A DNA stretch of 63,606 nucleotides, filler included, from Octopus bimaculoides (GCF_001194135.2; 3 parts of 3 records of this genome joined end to end with filler, not necessarily neighbours in it); one strand, 5' to 3'. Positions 41,950-53,560 are shown, counted from the whole stretch's first letter. Notes: generated by a model from the sequence alone, not told the origin. A program made the numbers and translations.

Positions 41950-42650
41950 ATAATCACCAATGCCTCTTTTTCAATTTGGCTCTAATTTTTTCTGCTGGCA
42001 ATAGTGTCCTTGACGCATGAGCTATGGCCTTTTGGCTGCTGTCTTCACATTTGTGTAAGAGTACAGCACCTACCTCGTACTCATTAGCATCTGTTGCCAG
42101 TATCGTTTCCAACTTCGGATCAATTTGTGGAAGTGACTTGTCTGAAGTTAACATACTTTTTAGTTCCTCAAATGCCTTCTGGCATTTTTCTGACCAAAAC
42201 CATTTGGCATCCTTTTTAATAGCTCATTTAGTGGAGCCCTTGTGTTGTGTATGTTGAGGATATATACTTGATAGTAGTTTACCAAGCCTAAAAATTTGAT
42301 GTTCATCGGGGGAAGCATATTCCGTATTGCCATCGCCCTTAATGGGTCGGGGTTTCATCCCCTTTTGTTAATTACTTGACCTAAATATTTGATTTTTATC
42401 ATCAAAAATTCACACTTTTCCTGTTAGTCTAAACCTGTACTCACTTATTTTTCCAAATACTTATGGTGTGTGTTGATTCTTAAAAGGTGTGCGCAATCTT
42501 CTACTTGTCTCTATAGATGGGCCTCCAAGAGGTCTAACTTCAAGAAACATTTTCTTCCATTTAGTTTTGAGAACACTTCTTCTGGGCTTGGTAATGGATA
42601 ATTGTGTTTGACTAAACAGCCATTTAATCCAGTTGAAAAGTCTGTATGCA
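41950..42650 (-). mobile_element. Ty3/Gypsy pol relic (RT and RNase H)
   Basis: DFSTGLN, a frameshifted PLPSPEEVFSKLNG-type segment, and ATDANEYEVGAVLLHKCEDSSQKAIAHASRTLLPAEK. Confidence 0.85.
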
Positions 42651-42729
42651 CTCTTAGTTTATTATTATTTTCTTTACACAACCCGTCAGAGCAGCCCAGT
42701 CTGAATGGTCAACTTTTTCAGTGGTAGAG

Positions 42730-44400
42730 TATGCGCCATTCTAGTCAATATTCTATCTTTATGTCCTTAAGCTCCCAGATATAGTTACTAAGCCCTGTTG
42801 AATTTGCCTTACTCCTATTTCTGAAGCTAGTTTGGTGTGCATTGTAACTAAGTATCATTTGGTTTGTCGTGGCTCCTTTATAGGATTTTATATGGCTATT
42901 TGTGTGTATGTTACATTGGTAAACTATGTTTTTAGTCTTACATATATTAGAGAATTGGCACTTACTTCTATCCCTGCAGGCACATAAATTATTAAGTATA
43001 TCTGTGTTCATGTTGTGTTGTGGGGTGCTATTACTACTCTGGTCTTTGTCTTTATTACTAGGAGGCACTTCATTAGTGGTGGGATTTGTTCTATTAGTCT
43101 GTTGGTTGTTACATTTATTGTTCTTAATTTTCCTAGAATGTGTCTAGTTTTTTATCATCAATCGAGGCTATGATGGCAGCTAAGTTACTAGTCAGGCTGT
43201 GGCCTACTCTAATTTTCTATCTAAATATTGCTGCATATTTATTACTTACATTTAAGTGTTTATCTATTAGTTTCATTAATGAGTAAACAAAGTTGGATTT
43301 GAGGCGCATGGCAAAAGGGATTACGAGCCAGAGCTTATCACTATTATGTTTATTGTTAGTATTGCTATGCCTGGTATAGAAACTACTCTCATTGTAAAGC
43401 GTGTGAAATTATAGTTATGGCTATTGAGTTTATTTCTATAGTTGGGTTTATCTTTACTATTGCTCTTGTTTGTTTTATTGGGGTTATTTCTGTATGGTTT
43501 ATGTGAACTCAATGAGCTGGTGTTATGGTTTTTAACAGGGTTTATCTTTGTTCTTTGGGGCTCTTTATTTTTATTCTTATCGATGTGTAGGTTTATATTA
43601 TTCTTGTTATAGCTATTGTAGTGACGTCATTTGGCGCCAAAATACAGTTGCCATTACTGCGTTTTCATCCACGCATACGCAGGGAATAGTTCCGAGGGAA
43701 CACAGGAAGAGTCCCATGCGCATGCGTAGTTCGACTCTCTCAACATTTTCCAGCGTTTTATCTTCCTCTTGCGTCGACAACTTCGTGGGCGAAGGACGTG
43801 TTTTGTATCGCTCTCTTCGAGACCCAACACTCTCGTGATGAGGTCAGCGGACAAGTGAAGAAACGACCAACAGCCAAATAACCAATGCTGTATGAATATA
43901 CCGACAAGAACTGCCGAATATCCATGCTGTTTGAATAACTACATAAATAAATATTGTTATGTTTCTGGTTTAGAGACTGCGTTATCCGTTCTTAAATTTT
44001 TCCTTAAAGTTTGATGTGAGGAATTAGTTATTTAACCTAAAGGTTGAAGAAAGAAAGATATTTCTTACGCTATTATTATTTTACAACTTATTTTTATGAT
44101 TCGTGTTATTAGTTATGTTAGTGTTGTTAATTTTATTTATTATCCCATTGCTGGTATTCATGTTGTCGTTGTTTGTAATATTATTGATGATTTGTGTATG
44201 GGACTTAACGCTTTTGCTATTGCTATTATTTTTGTTGAGCTTATCTATGCTGTTCTTATTGTTGGTGTAGCTTCTATTGACGTTAGATATTATCATATGG
44301 ATTTAGGTTATTTGTATAGCGATTGGGGTGTAGGTATTTAATTTTTTGTTTAAATCTTGCTTTATCTAATGTGATATTATAGATTTCCTTCATCCCTTAG
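42730..44400 (-). mobile_element. Penelope-like retroelement, 3' part: end of RT, long Asn/Lys-rich linker, thumb-like segment and GIY-YIG endonuclease (pseudogene)
   Basis: KLWLVIPFAMRLKSNFVYSLMKLIDKHLNVSNKYAAIF, then CACRDRSKCQFSNICKTKNIVYQC...SYKGATT...YNAHQTSFR...STGLSNYIWELKD. Confidence 0.85.
43617..43943. mobile_element. Probable solo LTR (327 bp) interrupting the Penelope-like element
   Basis: Ends TGTAGT...ACTACA (6-bp inverted, TG..CA); GC- and CpG-rich against AT-rich flanks; no clean TSD. Confidence 0.5.
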
Positions 44401-44479
44401 AGGTTTTAAATACCTCTATCTTATACCTATATATATATATATATACATACATACATACACATATATGTATATATATATC

Positions 44480-44766
44480 AGTACCGCCTGACTGGCTCTC
44501 GTAGGATTTTCGAGCGAGATCGTTGCCAGTGCCCCTGGACTGGCTTGTGCGGGTGGCACATAAAAGACACCATTTCGAGCGTGGCCGTTTTCGTGCGGGT
44601 GACACGTAAAAGCACCCACTACACTCTCTGAGTGGTTGGCGTTAGGAAGGGCATCCAGCTGTAGAAACTCTGCTAAATTAGACTGGAGCCTGGTGTTGCC
44701 ATCCGGTTTCACCAGTCCTCAGTCAAATCGTCCAACCCATGCTAGCATGGAAAGCGGACGTTAAAC

Positions 44767-44817
<51 letters not shown>

Positions 44818-44818
44818 A
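44480..44818 (+). mobile_element. RTE 3' UTR with (GAT)n tail, young copy
   Basis: Shares its UTR unit with 224-300, directly downstream of the RTE ORF; near-identical to 63370-63606. Confidence 0.9.
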
Positions 44819-44838
44819 TATATATATATATATATATA

Positions 44839-45205
44839 CAGGTATGATGGGTACATTGTTGCCATTTTATATTTTTTATTTTGTGCCTGCGTATTGTTTG
44901 TTTTTGATTTTGTCAACTACACAGTATAGTAGGGTCAGTTGGGTACTGTCTGTGAGTAAAACAGCATCATGATGCAGTTAACTCTGTCAGAAATTTGGAA
45001 TCTACATGCTGTACTGCTTGACATTCATGCTGGAATCTCCAATACGAACATTTTGGAGTGTTTGGGTGTCAGTTTGAGGATAATGCAATCTGAGGACATG
45101 TACCAAGAGTGATGAAAATCAAACATCCAGTCAACATCATGGTGTTTGGAGTGATCACTAGTGATGACGAAATTATGCCTCCATTCATCTTTCCACATGG
45201 CCTCA
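44839..45205 (+). mobile_element. maT-like deletion derivative, 5' part (same family as 17350-18227)
   Basis: TIR-like start after TA; KIKHPVNIMVFGVITSDDEIMPPFIFPHGL. Confidence 0.8.
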
Positions 45206-45226
45206 GAAAAAGGCTCGTCATATATA

Positions 45227-45274
<48 letters not shown>

Positions 45275-45500
45275 TGTGTGCATGAATGTATTTGTGTGTC
45301 TGTATTTGTCCCTCCACCATCGCTTGACAGCCAATGTTGGTGTGTTTATGTCTCCATAACTTAGCAGTTCGGCAAAAGAGTCCAATAGAATAAGTACTAG
45401 GCTTACAAAGAATAAGTCCTGGGGTCGATTTGTTCAACTAAAGGCGGTGCTCTAGCACGGCTGCGGTTAAATGACTAAAACAAGTCAAAGAATAAAAAAA
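45206..45500 (+). mobile_element. SINE family A, 3' half
   Basis: Internal microsatellite and tail ending ...aaacaagtcaaagaataaaa. Confidence 0.85.
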
Positions 45501-45788
45501 CAAAGAATAAAATGGTGTAAATACACCTAAATCAGCTCACAGCACCACCCATCCTGAAATTTTCTCCATGACAAAACACAGTGAACGGTTTGTTTGCAAG
45601 TCTAAATGTGCTGCTGGCATATTCAGACTCGTAATAACATTGCATTTATATGCATCACTGCTTAGCGTTCCAATCCCATAATTTAATTATGATGAGCCTT
45701 TGATTAGCTCTTCCAGCCGACATATGTTGACTGGAATAACATAAGAGAGATGTATGTTGACTGGAATAACACAAGAGAGATTGGTGGT

Positions 45789-45835
45789 CTGTGACTGAAG
45801 AGGGATAACCACTCCGAAATGGTTGCATCTCACAG
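45789..45835 (+). ncRNA. Type I hammerhead ribozyme, retrozyme copy 1
   Basis: CTGTGA-CTGAAGA-GGG(ATAACCAC)TCC-GAAA-TG(GTTG)CA-TC^TCACAG; predicted cut after 45829. Confidence 0.88.
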
Positions 45836-46090
45836 TCTGGATAGGTGGCACTGTGAGCTAATTTAGGTGAATTTATACCATTTGTCTACAGTGAGAAATT
45901 TTCTCCATGATAAAACACAGTAAATGGCTTGTTTGCAAATCTAAATGTGCCGTGAACTAGTAATAACATTGCATTTATACGCATCACTGCTTAGCCTTCC
46001 CACCCTGTAATTTAATTAAGATGAGCCGTTGATTAGCTCTTCCAGCCGACGTATATTGACTGGAATAATATAAGAGAGATTGTCTCTTTT

Positions 46091-46195
46091 ATTAGCTCAC
46101 AGCACCACCGTTTGATGGTGCTGTGACTGAAGAGGAGATAACTTCTCTGAAATGGTTGCATCTTACTGTGTGGATAGGTGGCGCTGCGAGCTAAT
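46091..46195 (+). ncRNA. Type I hammerhead ribozyme, retrozyme copy 2, with extended stem I
   Basis: CTGTGA-CTGAAGA-GGAG(ATAACTT)CTCT-GAAA-TG(GTTG)CA-TC^TTACTG; distal stem ATTAGCTCACAGCACCACC / GGTGGCGCTGCGAGCTAAT; predicted cut after 46162. Confidence 0.82.
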
Positions 46196-47269
46196 TTAGG
46201 TGAATTTATACCATTTGTCTACAGTGAGAAATTTTCTCCATGACAAATTAATGGCTTATTTACAAGTCTGAACATACTGCACACATATTTGAATTGGTAA
46301 TAACATTGCACGTATACATATAAGCATACACACATATACATGCATACATACAAATACACACACACACGCACGCACATATATATATACAAGATGAGGACAA
46401 ATATCTGTCAAATGTAAATAATATAAATAATGTACATATGCACATGTACACACATATGCATACACATACACACACATGCATACACTTATACATACATGAA
46501 CATACCCATTCGTACATCTACATACCCATACGTACATCTACATACACATAAACACTTACATACATATAAACATACATACACAAATACGTGCTTACATATA
46601 TGCACATATACAGATGTATACATACACATACATACACACACACATACATGACACATACATGAATTCATAAATGCATACACATATACATATGCACATACAC
46701 ATAGACACATACACATACACATAGACATATAGACATATGTACATACACATAGACACACATACATATATATATACATACATAAATGCATGCACATATGCAC
46801 ACATATGCATACACATACACACATAAAAACACATGTACATGCATACACAAATGCATACACGTATATCCATATGCACTTATACACGCAGATACATATACAT
46901 ACACTCATATACACACACATACACACACATACACACACATAGGTTTCAGTCCAAAAGAATCATATATAATGGCTCCAAACAACATCAAGCATATTTCATT
47001 TTACTATAAAAATAAGGATAATATTTAGGTCAAATTCTGAAACTAGCTTCACAGCAAGCCATGAAATAACAGAGTGTTGAGGACCCCAGGAGGAAGTTTA
47101 GCTATCACATGTCTTTCTAAAGTGATAACAGTATTCATATTTAGGTCATGTCCTTCATAACAGAACCATAAAGAAAAAAAGCACAAAAATCAATGAACTG
47201 AAAAAAAATTAAAAATTAAGTAAGCTTTAATCATATATATGCAATACACATGCACATACACATGTATGA

Positions 47270-48250
47270 TGCCTGGGTGTGAACAGCCATGCTACATGGC
47301 AGTAAAACATGGGTTGTGACTGCTGAGGATATGTGTAGGCTTGAAAGAAATGAAGCTAGTATGCTCCATTGGCTGTGTAATGTCAGTGTGCGTGCACAAC
47401 AGAGTGTAAGTGCCCTGAGAGAAAAGTTTGACATAAGAAGCATGAGATGCGGTGTACAAGGGAGACAACTGCACTGGTATGGTCATGTATTGCATATGGA
47501 TGAGGAAAGCTGTGTGTAGAAGTGTCACACCCTAACAGTGGAGGGAACCTTTGGAAGAGGTAGATCCAGGAAAATATGGGATGAGGAGGTGAAGTACGAC
47601 CTAGAATGTTGGGCCTCACAGAGGTAATGACAAGCAACCAAAACCTTTCGAGCCATGTTGTGCTTGAGAAGACCTAGCAAGCCAAGTGAGAGAGGCCAAT
47701 GCCAGTGTTGCATTGGTCGACTTAAAAGTGCCCTTCAATCGTCAGTCGATATGTTGTGCTTGTGAAAACCTGTTAAACCAAGTGAAGTCATAGTCATGGC
47801 CAACAACAGTAATGGTAATCGTAGTCATGGCCAATACCAATGCAGCCTGATGGGCACGGGTGCCAGTGGCACATAAAAAGCACCAGTCGAGCGTAGCCAC
47901 TGCCTAGTGCCACTTGACTGGCACCCATGCTGGTGGCATGTAAAATGCACCATTTGAGCATGGCTGATGCCAGTGTTGCCTGGCTGACATTCGTGTAGGT
48001 GGTACATAAAAAGTACCATTCGAGCATGGCAAATGCCAGTGCCACCTGACTGGTACCCATGCCAGTGGCATGTAAATATCACCCACTACACTTTCAGAGT
48101 GGTTGGCATTAGGAAGGGCATCCAGCTGTAGAAACCTTGCCAAATCAGATTGGAGCCTGGTGCAGCCTCCCGGCTTACCAGTTCTCCGTCAGACTGTCCA
48201 ACCCATACCAGCATGGAAAGCAGACGTTAGACAATGATGATGATGGTGAT
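47270..48250 (+). mobile_element. 5'-truncated RTE LINE: RT C-terminus, repeated-unit 3' UTR and (ATG)n tail
   Basis: MLHGSKTWVVTAEDMCRLERNEASML...LHWYGHVLHMDE followed by the UTR and tail. Confidence 0.9.
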
Positions 48251-48305
48251 ACATATATACATATATACATACATACATACATACATGCACTCACACACAC
48301 ACACA

Positions 48306-48355
<50 letters not shown>

Positions 48356-49039
48356 TACACCACATACACTATTTGTCCAGTATCCACTATCGGTACCTAG
48401 GGTTAGATGGAAACCTATCCTGTGAAGGCATTTGTAGCAATAATATGCAAAGAGGAAATATTATACTGAATAAATAACAAAATCCGCATAACTCTCTGCA
48501 TAAAATGGTACCAAGTGCTTACTGTAGTTCGAGTCACACCAATATTTTGGTTACTTAGTTGGATACAAGATGAGATCCAGGGTATTAATGTCAATACCTC
48601 AAATCTATGAATTTCTGTAATTTCTAAGCCAAAATGATTTACTGGCTCTACTTAAAACACTCACACACACAGACACACACACACACACATAAACACACAC
48701 AAATGAAGTAGATATTTAACATGAATTCAAACAGTCTTTGAATGTCACATGACATCTGTTCAATAATATTTACAAACCAGCAAATGTCGAAGTGCATCGA
48801 TGGATCACGTCTGCATACATGACGTTTACTAACATCATGAGATTTAGAGGGAAGCTCCTCAGAAAGTACTCCCTAACTCATGACCAGGGATGCACACTTA
48901 GGATAGTTGTACTGCTCCACCACAACAGAACAACATACAAAGTCTTCTGTTTATCAACAGAAGATAATGTTTGGTGTTCGTCAGAAAAATTCTAAGTGAC
49001 AGTAACAGAGATGATCAGAGTAAGTTTAGACCAACAACT

Positions 49040-49260
49040 ATAATACTGGTTTCAAATTTTGGCACAAGGCCAGCAATTTTGGGGGAAAGGATTAAGTTTA
49101 TATCGATCCCAGTGTTCAACTGGAGCTTATTTTATCAACCCCCAAAGAATGAAAGGTGAAGTTGACCTCAGCAGAATTTAAAGTCAGAATGTACAGATGA
49201 ATGAATTGCCACTAAGCATTTTGCCCTGCATGCTACAGTTCTGCCAGCTGGTCACTCTAC
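49040..49260 (-). mobile_element. SINE family C
   Basis: Reverse match to 58050-58191 (gtcgactttgcctttcatcc...aaataagtaccag). Confidence 0.7.
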
Positions 49261-49624
49261 CAAAAACTGTAATATTAGCTCTTTCTTTGAAGGGTTAAAA
49301 GTTTGCTATTCAGAAACAGGGAGTAACAATGAAATATTTGATGATGCAAACGATGAGCTTGTAGATAAAACAATTAGATGTGACAACAGATGTACAATAA
49401 GACCTCAAAATGTGATAATTAATACAGAGATTATGAACTTAACACATAAGCTGTAACCAACATAAGTAGTTGTATGACATTCTCATCAACATATGAGGTA
49501 TGACATAGGCACCAAAATATTGCTTCTAATGAGCGTTCTAAGCAGTTGATAGGATCTAATTCCTGTCTTTATTGTTTGCCTGTGATCCCACCACATCTGT
49601 TAAGTGTCTATTGTTTACATTGAG

Positions 49625-50022
49625 CCCACTATATGAAGTTTCTACTTACTCCTTTTTCACATACTGAGCATAGTCATTTCCCTGCTGGTACAAGTGTCCT
49701 ATCTTCTTTTCTACTTAGCATAGCTTTAATCTTGGCTAAGCTTTCATTAAACCCTGCTTCCCTCTCTGACACACCACATCTGATGCCTCTTACGCACAAT
49801 TTTTCTTTCAAGACTCTTTATTCTGTTGTACATGCACACTGACATTGCACATCCAGCAGAGCATAGTAGATTCATTTCTTTCAAGCCTTTGCACGTCCTC
49901 TACCATCACAGCCCATATTTCACTGCCATGTAAACATGGCTGTTCGCACACAGGCATCAGACACTCTGCCTTTCACTCTGAGAGAGAGGTCCTTTGTTGC
50001 CAACAAAGGTAGAAGTTCCATA
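49625..50022 (-). mobile_element. RTE LINE fragment
   Basis: ELLPLLATKDLSLRVKGRVSDACVRTAM. Confidence 0.8.
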
Positions 50023-50424
50023 AACATGTATGTGTATTCATATTTATGTGTGTGTGCATACATACATACATACATACGTACGTATGTGTGTGTGTGTTAT
50101 ATCATCATCCTTATTATCATCATCATCATATTATCTAATGTCCATTCTCTACGCTGGCATAGGTTGGATGGTTTGACAGAAGCTGGCCAGCTAGATGTCT
50201 GCTTAGGTTCCATTTGTCTGTTTTGGCATGGCTTGGCTGGATGTCCCTAATGTTATCACTTTACAGAGAGTACTGGGTGCTCTTATGTGGCACTGGCATA
50301 TTTAAACTTTAGATTAGTTAAAAAATGTTTGTGACATATTTTAACTTCTAAAGGCAAAGTCGCTGCAGTTACTGTGGAGAAGAAATTCTTGCTTATGGTA
50401 AGTGTTTTGCTAAAAGCAGTTTTC

Positions 50425-50644
50425 AAACTCTTTACTCTTTTACTCTTTTACTTGTTTCAGTCATTTGACTGTGGCCATGCTGGAGCACCGCCTTTAGTCG
50501 AGCAAATCGACCCCAGGACTTATTCTTTGTAAGCCTAGTACTTATTCTATCGGTCTCTTTTTGCCGAACTGCTAAGTTACGGGGACGTAAACACACCAGC
50601 ATCAGTTGTCAAGCGATGGTGGGGGGACAAATACAGACACACAA

Positions 50645-50675
<31 letters not shown>

Positions 50676-51765
50676 CATATATACNNNNNNNNNNNNNNNN
50701 NNNNNNNNNNNNNNNNNNNNNNNNNNNNNNNNNNNNNNNNNNNNNNNNNNNNNNNNNNNNNNNNNNNNNNNNNNNNNNNNNNNNNNNNNNNNNNNNNNNN
50801 NNNNNNNNNNNNNNNNNNNNNNNNNNNNNNNNNNNNNNNNNNNNNNNNNNNNNNNNNNNNNNNNNNNNNNNNNNNNNNNNNNNNNNNNNNNNNNNNNNNN
50901 NNNNNNNNNNNNNNNNNNNNNNNNNNNNNNNNNNNNNNNNNNNNNNNNNNNNNNNNNNNNNNNNNNNNNNNNNNNNNNNNNNNNNNNNNNNNNNNNNNNN
51001 NNNNNNNNNNNNNNNNNNNNNNNNNNNNNNNNNNNNNNNNNNNNNNNNNNNNNNNNNNNNNNNNNNNNNNNNNNNNNNNNNNNNNNNNNNNNNNNNNNNN
51101 NNNNNNNNNNNNNNNNNNNNNNNNNNNNNNNNNNNNNNNNNNNNNNNNNNNNNNNNNNNNNNNNNNNNNNNNNNNNNNNNNNNNNNNNNNNNNNNNNNNN
51201 NNNNNNNNNNNNNNNNNNNNNNNNNNNNNNNNNNNNNNNNNNNNNNNNNNNNNNNNNNNNNNNNNNNNNNNNNNNNNNNNNNNNNNNNNNNNNNNNNNNN
51301 NNNNNNNNNNNNNNNNNNNNNNNNNNNNNNNNNNNNNNNNNNNNNNNNNNNNNNNNNNNNNNNNNNNNNNNNNNNNNNNNNNNNNNNNNNNNNNNNNNNN
51401 NNNNNNNNNNNNNNNNNNNNNNNNNNNNNNNNNNNNNNNNNNNNNNNNNNNNNNNNNNNNNNNGCCTTGTGAGTGGATTTGGTAGACGGAAACTGAAAGA
51501 AGCCCGTTGTATATATCTATATATATATATATATATGTATGTATGTGTGTGTGTATGTTTGTGTGTCTGTGTTTGTCCCCCCAACATTGCTTGACAACCG
51601 ATGCTGGTGTGTTTACGTCCCCATAACTTAGTGATTCGGCAAAAAGAGACCGATTAAAATAAGTATAAGGCTTACAAAGAATAAGTCCTGGGGTCGATTT
51701 GCTCGACTAAAGGCGGTGCTCCAGCATGGCCACAGTCGGATGACTGAAACGAGTAAAAGAGATCA
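50425..51765. mobile_element. Two family A SINE halves in opposite orientation (50425-50684 minus; 51464-51765 plus) either side of a gap
   Basis: The tails are near reverse complements of each other. Confidence 0.8.
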
Positions 51766-53299
51766 AGCTTTCCCAGAGTTTTCCAAATTCTTTGAGATCA
51801 ACACAGATGAGGGGATTCTTGTTGTTTTAGAGGGTTATCTCTAGGAGGTAAAAGCGTTTCAGTTAGATCTCTGTCTAGCTCTTGAGGGACTACAAATATT
51901 TGGATTAATTCAATAGTAGAGTTCATTTTTTCTGGTGATGTCAATTGCTCCGTAGATACTTTGTTCATTTTCCCCAGTGATTCCAAGTTTTTCATGGATA
52001 GTGTGGTTTCGCGACCGTCTGGGGGTAATGAGTGTGAGTGCATTGGGGATTGGCTTTGATTAAATCAACTTGGTTAATGATAGGGCCATACTTGCTAGTG
52101 CAATTGTTCCTTTGTACAAAAAGAAACAATAGGCATTCACGAAATTAAGAATATAAAAAGACGACAATTGTGTGTGTGTGTGTGTGTATATATATAAGTA
52201 ATCAAAATAAATAAACAAATAAACAAGGAAATAAATAAATAAATGAATATGAATGAATGGGTGAAAAAATACTAGACTCTTACAGCTGTTTTTACTTTGG
52301 GGGTGTCCAACTTGCCCAAGCTTCCACATCATACCAGTAATATACAGGAATTGTAAAAAGGTTGAACAAACATTGGACAGGGATTGAACAATAATTGAGC
52401 CCCAAATCATTCATTGAATATTTTCTTATTTGTTTTGTATTTTATTGATAGATATATATGCACAAATATGTTCTCATGTTCTTTCCAAACATTTGCATTT
52501 ACCATGTCACCTTCAATGTCACAGATATTAAATATCGCAACTAGTCAGATAGGTAATCCTATTAATCAATAGTTATTATAGATGACACCAACACTAATGG
52601 AATCACTTTGAAACTTGTAACAGTATTGATCAACAGAAATTATACATTATTGTATATTATAGTTTGGATTGATTTTATTAAGTTTGTTTCTCAAACTTTT
52701 ATCCACAGGTTTCTTTTAATTGCATTTTATGTTTATTTTATATTCCATAGTTTGCAGCTGTTATTGAATAAATATATCTTTTCTGATAATGATGAGATGT
52801 GGAAAGTTAATCTATATCCAAATGCAGATGATGTTTATATGTATTTGCATAAGTGCACATATACAGAGAGTTGGAGAAAATAATGGAAACACCTAGCATC
52901 ATAATTCGGAAATATCTATAAAACTGTCAAAAGCTTGTGAGTGAGTGTGTATGTATGTGTGTGTGTGTGTGTGTGTGTGTATGCGTGTGTGTGTTCATGT
53001 GTGTTTGTGTCTGTCCCCCATCACCTCTTGACAACTAGTATTGGTTTCTTTACATCTTTTTGATATAGAGCACAATTGGAAATTCTTATGAGAAAATCTA
53101 CCAAAGGTCACTAGACTAGATTTGTAGAAACTCTGCCAAATCAGATTGGAGCCTGGTGTAGACATCTGGTTTGCAAGTCCTCAGTCAAATCGTCCAACCC
53201 ATGCTAGCATGGAAGGCGGACGTTAAATGATGATAATGATAATGATTATATATATTGTTTTTGGTATAAATTAATATTACTAAGAAATATTACCAGTAC

Positions 53300-53560
53300 C
53301 TGGAACATTGAAAAAAAAACTGCCGGTACCCCACATCAGATAGTTTGAGAAGCATTGCTCTATTGAACCAATATAATTTCCTGGTCCTTTGCTTGGAAAC
53401 TCCTCAGAATCCATCTAGCCATTTGCCTGCATTTGGTCACCATCTTGGTGATATGTTCATGAAACAAAGTATTGTTTCTTATATCAATTCCCAGGTCATG
53501 TACACTGTTTGACTCTAGAACTGATGCTCCTTTTGGTCCAAAGTATCCTTGGATAAGGTA
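53300..53560 (-). mobile_element. CR1/L2-like LINE fragment
   Basis: VHDLGIDIRNNTLFHEHITKMVTKCRQMARWILRSFQAKDQEIIL matches the post-RT xxDLGV...WILRTF pattern. Confidence 0.7.

Larger units (their letters stand above)
45513..46310 (+). mobile_element. Tandem ~333-339-bp repeat (about 2.3 units) with one hammerhead per complete unit: non-LTR retrozyme
   Basis: Unit marker gaaattttctccatga at 45556, 45895 and 46228; hammerheads at 45789 and 46121. Confidence 0.85.

Noticed and set aside
41050-41950. AT-rich region with recurring ttgat/ttcaatga words
   Set aside because: No stable period or ORF found by eye; left unannotated.
42745-43068. Selenocysteine-type Penelope (UGA at GIY-YIG cysteines)
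   Set aside because: All cysteines in the visible motif are ordinary Cys codons; the stops fall elsewhere and look like decay.
43820-43875. GUGAUGA-GGUC...GACC in the putative LTR
   Set aside because: C3 is missing and GAAA does not follow the stem.
45513-46310. CRISPR-like or plain satellite reading of the tandem repeat
   Set aside because: Units are ~335 bp with no unique spacers, the host is eukaryotic, and the per-unit hammerhead explains the array better.
48930-48995. CUGACGA next to a 9-bp hairpin on the minus strand
   Set aside because: No GAAA or NUH at the required positions.
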